Sequence record: MK817115.1 | From: Escherichia phage vB_EcoM_phAPEC6 | Length of the DNA stretch: 64,000 nucleotides | Reading direction: 5' to 3' (one strand) | In this document: positions 29,146 to 38,650 of the stretch, one piece after another | Layout of the letters: each line of letters starts with the position of its first letter | Position numbering within the stretch: position 1 is the first letter of the stretch | Program-made: the position numbers and the translations under genes | The notes under the pieces: generated by a model | What the model was told of the DNA's origin: nothing | Database searches by the model: none | What the model saw: the letters and a program-made list of their open reading frames with translations, nothing else

Positions 29146-31395
29146 ATGGCAGATTTACGAAGTACAGTTGATAATTTTCAAAATGATATTACAAGTATTA
29201 CTGGTAAGGCTAAAACCACCACATCTAATGCACTTGATAGTTTGAAAGCTACAGCAAATACATTACAAAATGATGTAAAAACTATTACAAAAAATAATTA
29301 CAAAGCAAATGTAAGTAATGTAGTATCATTACCAAAACAAAGTGCTAGTGTTGATCAAGTTTATGAAGATCTCGATTTAAGTCAGTTTGTAATACCGTAT
29401 GACAATAAATTATTGAAATATGATAACCCAACTTGGCACTTTTGTTTATTTGCCTTAGATAAAGATGATTTTAAAAACTTTTGGCTTTACCCAGATGCAG
29501 AAGTGCAACGACATGTGATATCAGAAAGTGGTGTTACTGGCAAATATAATATCACTAGTGTACAAATGACACAAGCTGGACCTTCAACACCAGGAATGAC
29601 AACAAACTATTGTTTTAATACAGCAGTACTTAATATGTCTGAAAATAATAGTATGAGTCTATATGATGAATTAATTTCGTTAAGTAACAAACTTAGATAT
29701 CATAAATTTATGGACTTGCCATTGATCTTGGAATTAAAGTTTATTGGCTTTAATAAAAATGGAATACCTGAAATTATCCCAGAAACAACAAGACGCTGGT
29801 CAGTTAAAATTAATAGTGTTACTGCAAGTGCTTCACAAAGTGGTAGTACTATGATGTATACTATGAACTTAGTTCATAATAGAGCAGCTTTAGTTGATAA
29901 CATTGAATGGACCTTAAAAGAACCATTCAATTGTACTGCTGAAAACTTTGGTGACTTCTGTTTTGATTTAGAAGATAAATTAAATCAGATGGCTGACCAA
30001 CAATATGGTTATCTTAGATATAAATTTGGTGAATTATCCGAAGGTAAATTTTTCGAATTTAAAGTAGCACCAGATTTGCAAGATTTGTTTATAAACTATG
30101 ATTCTAAACAAATGGCAGAGGCCGGAACAACTAAAAGTGGTGCACAAGGTTCTAAAAACTTTTCATGGAACCCAAGTACTCCTATATCTCGAATTATTGA
30201 TGACGTTATTGATACATGTACTGTACAAGCCGATGATAGTACTAGTGTGCGTCAATTTGTAAACATTATACCAGTTAAACAATACGTTGGTTTTGATAAT
30301 TATCGTAATACTTCTGTTTATAAAGTAATTTTTTATATTGTTAGATTTAAAATAGGTGATATTGTTCATGAATCGGATTTACAACCTGAAAATTTCACAT
30401 TTGAGTACTTTTTTGAGAACGCAGAAAAATACGTAGATCCTAATGATCAAAAACCAAAAATAAACATGAAAACTTATAATTATCAATTTAGTGGACTTAA
30501 TAGTGAGATACTTGATTTGGATTTGAAATTTGATCAGCAATTTTTCGTAGCCACTACACGTAACCCTGGTCCGATACAAGATGTAGCGAACCATGCAGGT
30601 ACACATACATCCCAAGAACTCAATATTCAAGGTGTACAATACAATAGTATACCAGACGCATGGGCAAAAACAAGTGATTTACGTGTAACTCGTGATTTAG
30701 GAGGGATGTTAACACAAGCCCAACAACAATTGTTAACTGAAGTTGAAACTTTAGCAAAAAATCAAATGCAGGTTGGTAACGCAGAAGAACAAGACCGTTA
30801 TAATAACTATCAAGTCAATGTTTTACCTCAATATATTGAAGATTATGTAACCACTTATGAAGAAAACGATGGTGGCACTGATGGTGTTGGTCACCGTTAT
30901 GGTGAAGTGTTCACAATGCCAACCGAAGCAACTAACAATGAAACAACTTTATCCGCTTCGTTAAACGATAACAGCAGCACATATGAAATGGATAGACGTA
31001 AAATACGTGACAACTATTACAATAGACCTTTTTTGTGTAAACTCGATATGCGTGTAGTAGGCGACCCGTACTGGTTAGGGTGGAGTGATTACTCTTACTT
31101 ACAATATCTAGAACAAGTAATTAATGGTGAAGATATGGAAATTAACCCAGATGATTATCATGTAGCAAATTATATAACATCTGAAGCGTATCTATTACTA
31201 AAATTACAACCAGTAATATCAATAAATGATAACACTGGTGTTTTGGATATTAATACACCAACCACATTTAACCAAACAATTTATCGTGTTAATAAAATTG
31301 TTCATGATTTTGGTGCAGGTGGTTCTTTTACACAACAAATTCAAGCTGCAATTGTAATTCGTGCACTCAAACGTCACGATAGTATAGTTGATTAA
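29146..31395 (+). CDS. Hypothetical baseplate hub-associated protein (749 aa)
   Basis: Directly upstream of the spike gene in same operon; GGAG RBS; no motif recognised. Confidence 0.4.
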   Translation: MADLRSTVDNFQNDITSITGKAKTTTSNALDSLKATANTLQNDVKTITKNNYKANVSNVVSLPKQSASVDQVYEDLDLSQFVIPYDNKLLKYDNPTWHFCLFALDKDDFKNFWLYPDAEVQRHVISESGVTGKYNITSVQMTQAGPSTPGMTTNYCFNTAVLNMSENNSMSLYDELISLSNKLRYHKFMDLPLILELKFIGFNKNGIPEIIPETTRRWSVKINSVTASASQSGSTMMYTMNLVHNRAALVDNIEWTLKEPFNCTAENFGDFCFDLEDKLNQMADQQYGYLRYKFGELSEGKFFEFKVAPDLQDLFINYDSKQMAEAGTTKSGAQGSKNFSWNPSTPISRIIDDVIDTCTVQADDSTSVRQFVNIIPVKQYVGFDNYRNTSVYKVIFYIVRFKIGDIVHESDLQPENFTFEYFFENAEKYVDPNDQKPKINMKTYNYQFSGLNSEILDLDLKFDQQFFVATTRNPGPIQDVANHAGTHTSQELNIQGVQYNSIPDAWAKTSDLRVTRDLGGMLTQAQQQLLTEVETLAKNQMQVGNAEEQDRYNNYQVNVLPQYIEDYVTTYEENDGGTDGVGHRYGEVFTMPTEATNNETTLSASLNDNSSTYEMDRRKIRDNYYNRPFLCKLDMRVVGDPYWLGWSDYSYLQYLEQVINGEDMEINPDDYHVANYITSEAYLLLKLQPVISINDNTGVLDINTPTTFNQTIYRVNKIVHDFGAGGSFTQQIQAAIVIRALKRHDSIVD

Positions 31396-31408
31396 GGAAT
31401 AAAATATT

Positions 31409-34072
31409 ATGGCAGATACAAGTAAAAAGTATGCACAACAGCAGTTGGGTCGTTTTGACCCATCTTATCCGCAGTTAGCAACTGTTATGGATAACAGAGA
31501 TCCAACTAAATCAGGAAAACTGAAAGTTTGGATACAAGGTTCTCAAAGTGATAAAAACTCAAAAGAATCATGGATAGAAGCATCTTACATGTCTCCTTTT
31601 GCTGGTAAAACACCAGGTATTCCAAGTGCTGATGCATATGGTCAATATCCAAAAGGATACGGTTTTTGGGCAGTACCACCAGACGTAGGGTGTACAGTTG
31701 TTGTAATTTTTGCACAAGCCCGTACATTCCAAGCATATTGGATTGGTTGTGTATATGACCAGCGTATGAATACTATGGTTCCAGGTATGGCAACTGAAGT
31801 AAGTAATTATGGTGGAACTGATATGCCACTTCCTGTTACTGACTATGATCGTAACACTATCACTACCGATATGCAAGACAAATATGCTAACGTTCCAATT
31901 ATCGCAGGTCTTAAAAAGCAAAACCTTTTATATGACGAAGAAGCTGGGTTGGCGAATCGTAGTAGTACTCGACAAACCACCAGTACTGTATATGGTATGT
32001 CTTCGCCACGTGGTAATAGTTTTATTATTGATGATGGATATACTGAAGAGGAATTAACAGCACCAACGTGGGATCAAGACCCAGATGGATATCAAGATAC
32101 ACAATTTAATAACCCAGTAAACGATACACGTGTTGGTTCTCGTAAAAATGAAGGTGTCGTAATAAAAACACGTAGTGGTGCACAACTTCTTTTATCAGAA
32201 GCTACTGGTGATGTTCTTTTAATTAACCGTGATGGCACTGCACGTATAAAATTCACTGGTGAAGGTGATATTGACATGCACTGTGATAAGAATATTAATA
32301 TTCGTGCTGGTCAAGATATTAATATTACTGCTGGACGTTCATATAATATTGAAACCGGACAAGATTTCAATGCACGAGTTGGTGCAAATACTAAATTAGA
32401 TCTAATTGGTGCTCTTGATGCAAAAGTTGGTGGACAAGTTGTTGTTAATTCTGGGGCAGACCTTCGTTTAGTTACGGCTGCATCATTACGTATGCAAAGT
32501 GGTAGCAGTACTGATATTACGGCTGGTTCAAATGCTTCTATTTCTGCCGCAACATCTGCAAACCTAATTGGATCATCATCAGCAATTATTAGTGGTGGTG
32601 GTCAAACATTAACAGTTAATAGTGGTGGTAATAGCGGTACTGCTGAATTTACTGCACCAAACTTTAGAACACCATCTGCTGGTCTTAATGAACACATTCA
32701 TGATATCGCTGCATGGGTTAACGCTGAAAATCATGGTAGTTATGTTGAACCACCAAGACAAGGTGGTGGAAGTGGTTCTAGTGAATCACCAGTACAACCA
32801 CAACCAGCAAATGATGTATCACCAGAATTACCCGTAGCACAAGACACTGAAGCTGTTCAGTTTGTTAACTATACATCAGAAACTGAACAAGTTCAATCAC
32901 AAGATTTGATGACATCTGATCCTGGGATGACTGGATATAGTATTACATATGAAGGTTTACATATGTTAATGCCATGTAGCGGTACTATTCGACAATATGG
33001 TTACTGGGGGAAAGGTGTTCCAACACAAAGTGGAGGAAAGGCAGACCGTTCAGGTTGGGAAATACAATGTAAAGGTGATGTAGTTGCACCAGATGGTGGT
33101 GTGGTAGTAATTACTAATGGTGCTCTTTTAATACAACATAAGTCTGGATATAAATCTATTTTTTATAATATTCAATCTGATTTATTAAACAAAGATGTTG
33201 TTCAAAAAGGTCAAGTTGTTGGAAAAGCAAATGGTGTCATACAGTTTGAAATTCGTGTTACATCAGCAAATGTTCTTGGATTCAGTGGTTCTGTTGACCC
33301 AGGATTATTTTATGCTTCACAAACAGGAACAGGGTCTGATGCGGCGAATAAAACATTAATTGGTGGTCAAGCAACTAATCAATCTGCTCCAAAAGCAGTT
33401 GTACAACCTTCAGTTGATAGTGATGAATTGGTAGTTACAACAAAAATCAAAACGATAGGTACTGGATATTCTCAACGTGGTTCTCGTCATGTGCCTCGTA
33501 GGAGAAGAACACAGAGAAGTGGAGCTTCAACAACTCCGGTGGAGCAACCTACCTATAATATTGGAAATGTTGATAAAACTGCAATCGATTGGAAAGTTGT
33601 TCCAGGTGATGCACAATTTATTTCTGAATTAAAAGAATATGAAGGTACATTACAATACCAACAAGCAAAAGGATATTATCGTAATGGTAAATTCTGGCGT
33701 TATTTGGATAGTCGTGGGTATCCAACTATTGGTTATGGTCACTTAATTATTAGTGGTGAAAACTTTTCAGATGGAATAACTGAACAGCAAGCCAACGATA
33801 TGTTAGTTCGTGATAGTAGTAAAGCTATATATGATGCTAAATCAATTTATGCTTCATACAACATGAAAACACCTTATTTGGCTCAACAAGTACTATGCCA
33901 AATGGTATTCCAGATGGGTAAAGGTGGGGTACTTAAATTTAAAACTATGTTGTCTGAATTAGCTAAAGGTAATTATAAACAAGCTGCTGCTCAAATACGT
34001 AATTCAGCTTGGTATCGCCAAACTACTCGCCGTGCTGAGTTAATGGCTCGTCGTTTAGAGGCATGTCAATAA
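31409..34072 (+). CDS. Baseplate central spike (gp5/gpV-like) with beta-helix and C-terminal GH24 lysozyme domain
   Basis: N-terminal gpV-like segment VMDNRDPTKSGKLKVWIQG; repeated x-G-x-x-x-N beta-helix region; C-terminus aligns with T4 lysozyme (EYEG...D...TIGYGH, MVFQMGKGGV, WYRQTTRRAE). Confidence 0.7.
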   Translation: MADTSKKYAQQQLGRFDPSYPQLATVMDNRDPTKSGKLKVWIQGSQSDKNSKESWIEASYMSPFAGKTPGIPSADAYGQYPKGYGFWAVPPDVGCTVVVIFAQARTFQAYWIGCVYDQRMNTMVPGMATEVSNYGGTDMPLPVTDYDRNTITTDMQDKYANVPIIAGLKKQNLLYDEEAGLANRSSTRQTTSTVYGMSSPRGNSFIIDDGYTEEELTAPTWDQDPDGYQDTQFNNPVNDTRVGSRKNEGVVIKTRSGAQLLLSEATGDVLLINRDGTARIKFTGEGDIDMHCDKNINIRAGQDINITAGRSYNIETGQDFNARVGANTKLDLIGALDAKVGGQVVVNSGADLRLVTAASLRMQSGSSTDITAGSNASISAATSANLIGSSSAIISGGGQTLTVNSGGNSGTAEFTAPNFRTPSAGLNEHIHDIAAWVNAENHGSYVEPPRQGGGSGSSESPVQPQPANDVSPELPVAQDTEAVQFVNYTSETEQVQSQDLMTSDPGMTGYSITYEGLHMLMPCSGTIRQYGYWGKGVPTQSGGKADRSGWEIQCKGDVVAPDGGVVVITNGALLIQHKSGYKSIFYNIQSDLLNKDVVQKGQVVGKANGVIQFEIRVTSANVLGFSGSVDPGLFYASQTGTGSDAANKTLIGGQATNQSAPKAVVQPSVDSDELVVTTKIKTIGTGYSQRGSRHVPRRRRTQRSGASTTPVEQPTYNIGNVDKTAIDWKVVPGDAQFISELKEYEGTLQYQQAKGYYRNGKFWRYLDSRGYPTIGYGHLIISGENFSDGITEQQANDMLVRDSSKAIYDAKSIYASYNMKTPYLAQQVLCQMVFQMGKGGVLKFKTMLSELAKGNYKQAAAQIRNSAWYRQTTRRAELMARRLEACQ

Positions 34073-34084
34073 ATATTTTAGTAC

Positions 34085-34092
34085 TATAAATA
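34085..34092 (+). promoter_or_regulatory. T4-type late promoter TATAAATA for free lysozyme gene
   Basis: Exact box 17 nt upstream of ATG 34109. Confidence 0.45.
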
Positions 34093-34108
34093 AAACGAGG
34101 ATATCTTT

Positions 34109-34597
34109 ATGAGTAAATGGGAAATTAAAAATACAGATGAGCAATTTTTTAAGGAAATTAAAGAATTTGAAGGAACTATTGCTTATCAGAAAAAACTTGG
34201 TTATTTTAAAAATGATAAGTTTTGGGTATATAAAGACAGCTTAGGTCTTGATACTATTGGCTATGGTCACCTAGTTTTACCTGGTGAAAATTTCAAGAAT
34301 GGTTTAACAGAAGCACAAGCTGACCAACTTCTTCTTAAAGATGCTCAAACTGCGTACAATGATGCAAAATCAATTTATGAACAATTTGGTATGACCGCAC
34401 CTGTACAGGTTCAACGTGTATTATGGTTAATGGTATTCCAAATGGGAAAAACCAAAGTTTTGAAATTTAAAAAAGCAATGACCGCATTAGGTAAAGCTGA
34501 TTACAAAACTGCTGGTAAAGAATTGCGTGATAGTACATGGTATAAACAAACCACTTCACGAGCGGAAAAGATGGCACGTATCGTTGAATCCGTATAA
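34109..34597 (+). CDS. T4-type lysozyme (GH24), probable endolysin
   Basis: EFEG / D / TIGYGH triad positions, LWLMVFQMGKTKV, WYKQTTSRAEKMA align with T4 lysozyme as recalled; 162 aa. Confidence 0.85.
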   Translation: MSKWEIKNTDEQFFKEIKEFEGTIAYQKKLGYFKNDKFWVYKDSLGLDTIGYGHLVLPGENFKNGLTEAQADQLLLKDAQTAYNDAKSIYEQFGMTAPVQVQRVLWLMVFQMGKTKVLKFKKAMTALGKADYKTAGKELRDSTWYKQTTSRAEKMARIVESV

Positions 34598-34612
34598 TAA
34601 AGGAAATAGACA

Positions 34613-35008
34613 ATGGCAGTTGTTTTTAAAGGGTTTTCTACCCCTGTAGTTGGTAGAACTGAAACATTGTATGATAGTGAATTGGTTCGCCAAGATTTAA
34701 TGAATCATTTCAATACAAAAAAAGGTGAACGAGCATTTGATGCTGACTATGGGTTTATTGCATGGGATTTGCTATTTGAATTGGAAGGTTATAATACTAT
34801 CAACCTTTTAGAAGCAGATGCCCGTAGAATAATTAGCTTAGACCCACGTTTAAATCTTAAAAAATTACAAATTTCAAGAATAGAATATGGATACCAAATG
34901 AATATTGTATTACAGTACGTAGTATTGGACGCATTAGAAGAACTTACTATAGTATTTGATGCAAGAAGTAATAATCGAATGGCAACATATTCAGTTTCGT
35001 CTTTATAA
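34613..35008 (+). CDS. Baseplate wedge protein (gp25/gpW-like)
   Basis: GERAFDADYGFIAWDLLFE aligns with T4 gp25 GSRPFDPEFGCDLSDQLFE as recalled; 131 aa. Confidence 0.65.
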   Translation: MAVVFKGFSTPVVGRTETLYDSELVRQDLMNHFNTKKGERAFDADYGFIAWDLLFELEGYNTINLLEADARRIISLDPRLNLKKLQISRIEYGYQMNIVLQYVVLDALEELTIVFDARSNNRMATYSVSSL

Positions 35009-35013
35009 TTATA

Positions 35014-35044
35014 AAAGCACTCTTCGGAGTGCTTTTCTTTTTGA
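35014..35044 (+). terminator. Intrinsic terminator with UUCG tetraloop (agcactc-ttcg-gagtgct plus T-run)
   Basis: 7-bp stem, ttcg loop, T-rich tail. Confidence 0.6.
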
Positions 35045-35109
35045 ATAAATATTTCTATATATAATTCCCAGTACTGATCTAGTACTTTACTGATTTAAAG
35101 GAATAAATT

Positions 35110-38100
35110 ATGTCACAACAAAAAAGACAGTCTAATTTATATAGTGGTGAGGATTGGACTCAAGTATATGAAAGTTTTTATAAAATCAATCTAACAGCTT
35201 ATGATTTCGATACTATCCGTCAGAGTATGATTGATTATCTACGTGCAACTTACCCAGACTCATTCAACGACTGGATCGAAAACGACCAGTTTATTTTTAT
35301 TTTAGATACGATTTCTATGCTAGGTCAGAACTTGGCATTTCGTATGGATTTGAACACACGTGAAAACTTTTTAGATACTGCAACTCGTCGTGCATCAGTA
35401 CTAAAACTAGCTAAAATGATTTCTTACTCACCACGCCGCTCATATCCAGGTCGTGCAGTTGCTAAATTAACCGAAATTAAAACAAACCAAGATGTTCGTA
35501 ATAGTTTTAATGAATCATTAAAAGATAAAATCATTCGTTGGAATGACCCGATGGATGCTAACTGGTATGAAAACTTTATTCTAGTAATGAACAGTTCATT
35601 TGTCAGTACTAACCAATTTGGTAATCCAGTCAAGCGTATTGATGTTAATGGTGTCTCCCGCCAACTATATCGAATGAACACCATCCCAATGACAGCACCC
35701 AGTATTCCATTTGTTGCAACTGTCAATGGTGAATCTATGACATTTGAAGTAGTGAATCCTGATATTACGTCTGTTGGTGTTGAAGAACGACATCCAGAAC
35801 CACAAGAGCAAAAATATATTGTTTATCAAAATGATGGTAATGGATTTAGCTCACCAAATACTGGGTTTTTTGTATATTTCGTACAAGGTACATTGACATA
35901 TCAAGATTATCAATATGCTATCCGTGAAGAGAACCGTATACAAGATATTAACGTTGATAATATCAACGAAACTGATGTATGGGTTCAAGAAATAAATGAA
36001 GATGGTATTGTTCGTACCAAATGGACAAAAGTTCCATCAATGGAAAGTATTGCATATAACACTGTTAATCGTCAATTAAAAACAATTTTTGCTGTTACTA
36101 CTCGTGATAAAGATCAAATAACAATTAAGTATCCAGACTCAAGAAGTGGTGTTGTTCCCCGTGGGACGTTCCGTGTATGGTATCGTGTTAGTAATGGTAA
36201 AACATATAACATTAAAACTTCTGAAATTCAAAATAAAAGCGTAAAATATACATATCGTACAAAAACACAGTCAAGTTATGAATCTAGTACATTGGATATA
36301 CGTTTTTCATTACAATATGAGTCCGACCGTGCACAAAGTGCAGAGACTATTGAGCAGATTAAAGCACGTGCACCACAAATGTACTATACACAAAACCGTT
36401 TTGTCAATGGTGAAGATTATAATATTGCACCACTTAGTTTAGGCAATACTGTACTTAAATCTAAAGCTATTAATAGAATTTATAGTGGACAATCAAGATT
36501 TATTGATATTAATGATCCTACTGGTAAGTATCAAAATACCGATGTTTTTAGTGATGATGGTGCATTATATCAAGAAAACACACAATTTAATAGGTCATTA
36601 TTACTACCAACTACAAAAACAAATGCTAGTATTGTTATTGACAATATTCAACCATTGATTGGTGAAAATGCGGTAATACAACGTTACCAAGCGTTTCCAT
36701 CAAATACAATTGGTATTGAAATACAACAAGCATGGACTCCGGTATACAATTCAAATTATACAACTAACACATATGGTAGAATTTTGGGTTCATCTGGTAC
36801 AGTTTATGGTTCATATCAGGTTGGTACTCTAATTAAATTTTCTAATTCTGGAACTACTATATGGGCTAGTGTAGTTAGTGTATTGGATAATGGATTTTAT
36901 GTACTGAGTACATCGGTTCCAAGTGGAATGCAAGCCATAGAGTACATTTTACCATATAGAACTAGATTTAACTCGGTTGAAGTTCAAGCAATTTCTGCTA
37001 TGCTAGATAAAAAAACTGATTTTGTTATTGTACATGACAAAGAAACGACATCATGGGTTCCTATTGAAGTAAGTACCAATGATGATACTATTGTATATAA
37101 TGGCAATGAAGTTTTAATTATAATTAATGTAAAATATACAGCAGAAACTTGGGAATTTGATGCTAACGGTATTGAATATATTTTTGTGGGTGGAGAAAAA
37201 GTAAGATTTTACTTTGTATCATCTAAAAAAATTACTGATATTAGTACTGGTACAGTTCAAAGTGATAAGATTGAAATTTTATCATCTAACACTACTAGTA
37301 GTAGTAATTCAGGATTGACAAGTAATATAGATTTTCAAATTTATGACACAATTCAACAAGAGAATGGCTATCTAGATGGTTCTCGTGTTATTGTTACATC
37401 TAGGAAAGTAGATAGTAATGGTATACCATTGGAACCAAACCAATTTAAAGAAATTGTTCCTACTTGGACTGGAACCGATGCATTAAAATATGGTGGTATT
37501 TTGGTATTTCAGGAAAATAGTGATTTCACTATATCAGTACTGTCGTTACCAAATGATACCTTCACACTTCTTGATTCATCGTGGTCTTATACAATGGAAC
37601 AAGCCTTGGCAGAGCCGAATGCATATAAAAGAACTGAATTTGTTAGAAATAACGCAATTCGTTCAACCACATTGAGTGGATTATATAGTAAAGGTTCTGG
37701 ATTTTTAGTTGGTTTTAACTATGATGGTAAATATTATTTTATTGAACAAACAGTTGGTAATAACAATGATCGTTTAGGACAGCTAATTAGTAATTTAACT
37801 TATTCCGATGATACTGGCACTGTTAGTCCTGAATTGGCTTTTTATCGTGCAATTAATAACATGGGAACTAATGCTGACGAGAATCAGAAGCTAGATTATT
37901 ATGGATACAAAGATGTTACTTCACAGTACACTGTTAAAACTAATGCACGTACTAGTATAGACTTCCATTGGAAACACTATGCACCTGACGACAATCGCAT
38001 TGATCCTAGTAGAACAAACTTAATTGATATGTATGTATTAACCAATTCATATAAAACTGAAGTTGACGTTTGGTTGAAAAATAATGCTGTTGGTAGTATT

Positions 38101-38571
38101 CCTAAACCACCTACATCGGTTGAATTGAAAGATATGTTCAAAGATGTTGAACAAAAAATAGTCATTAGTGATAGTATTATTTGGCATAGTGCTGAGTACT
38201 TACCTTTATTTGGCAACAGTGCTGCTGAAGATTACAAAGCTGATTTTAAAGTAGTGAAATTACCAAACAGCACAATGAGTGACGATGAAATTCGTCAAAA
38301 TGTTATAGCATTAACTAATGAATACTTCAATGTTGACAACTGGGATTTCGGTGAAAGTTTCTATTATACTGATTTGTGTACTTACATACACTCACAGTTA
38401 GGTAGACATATTAGTACCATTGTTATAGTTGCACAAAATCCAAATTCAAAATTTGGCTCTCTATTTGAAATCCCTTCACGTTCAGACCAAATATTTTTGA
38501 GTACTGCATCTGTTGAAAATGTTCAAATTGTTAACTCACTAGCTAAAAGTAATATTAATATCGGTTCTTAA
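35110..38571 (+). CDS. Large baseplate wedge protein (gp6/baseplate-J-like by position)
   Basis: 1153 aa directly after gp25-like gene (conserved W-J order); AAAGGAA RBS; no motif confirmed. Confidence 0.45.
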   Translation: MSQQKRQSNLYSGEDWTQVYESFYKINLTAYDFDTIRQSMIDYLRATYPDSFNDWIENDQFIFILDTISMLGQNLAFRMDLNTRENFLDTATRRASVLKLAKMISYSPRRSYPGRAVAKLTEIKTNQDVRNSFNESLKDKIIRWNDPMDANWYENFILVMNSSFVSTNQFGNPVKRIDVNGVSRQLYRMNTIPMTAPSIPFVATVNGESMTFEVVNPDITSVGVEERHPEPQEQKYIVYQNDGNGFSSPNTGFFVYFVQGTLTYQDYQYAIREENRIQDINVDNINETDVWVQEINEDGIVRTKWTKVPSMESIAYNTVNRQLKTIFAVTTRDKDQITIKYPDSRSGVVPRGTFRVWYRVSNGKTYNIKTSEIQNKSVKYTYRTKTQSSYESSTLDIRFSLQYESDRAQSAETIEQIKARAPQMYYTQNRFVNGEDYNIAPLSLGNTVLKSKAINRIYSGQSRFIDINDPTGKYQNTDVFSDDGALYQENTQFNRSLLLPTTKTNASIVIDNIQPLIGENAVIQRYQAFPSNTIGIEIQQAWTPVYNSNYTTNTYGRILGSSGTVYGSYQVGTLIKFSNSGTTIWASVVSVLDNGFYVLSTSVPSGMQAIEYILPYRTRFNSVEVQAISAMLDKKTDFVIVHDKETTSWVPIEVSTNDDTIVYNGNEVLIIINVKYTAETWEFDANGIEYIFVGGEKVRFYFVSSKKITDISTGTVQSDKIEILSSNTTSSSNSGLTSNIDFQIYDTIQQENGYLDGSRVIVTSRKVDSNGIPLEPNQFKEIVPTWTGTDALKYGGILVFQENSDFTISVLSLPNDTFTLLDSSWSYTMEQALAEPNAYKRTEFVRNNAIRSTTLSGLYSKGSGFLVGFNYDGKYYFIEQTVGNNNDRLGQLISNLTYSDDTGTVSPELAFYRAINNMGTNADENQKLDYYGYKDVTSQYTVKTNARTSIDFHWKHYAPDDNRIDPSRTNLIDMYVLTNSYKTEVDVWLKNNAVGSIPKPPTSVELKDMFKDVEQKIVISDSIIWHSAEYLPLFGNSAAEDYKADFKVVKLPNSTMSDDEIRQNVIALTNEYFNVDNWDFGESFYYTDLCTYIHSQLGRHISTIVIVAQNPNSKFGSLFEIPSRSDQIFLSTASVENVQIVNSLAKSNINIGS

Positions 38572-38575
38572 TATA

Positions 38576-38602
38576 ACGGGCGTTCTTCGGAACGCCTTTT
38601 TT
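38576..38602 (+). terminator. Intrinsic terminator with UUCG tetraloop (gggcgttc-ttcg-gaacgcc plus T6)
   Basis: Stem-loop and T-run read directly. Confidence 0.6.
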
Positions 38603-38650
38603 ATATCATAAATAAATCAAATGAATGAACGAATTATATGGAGTCCAAAA

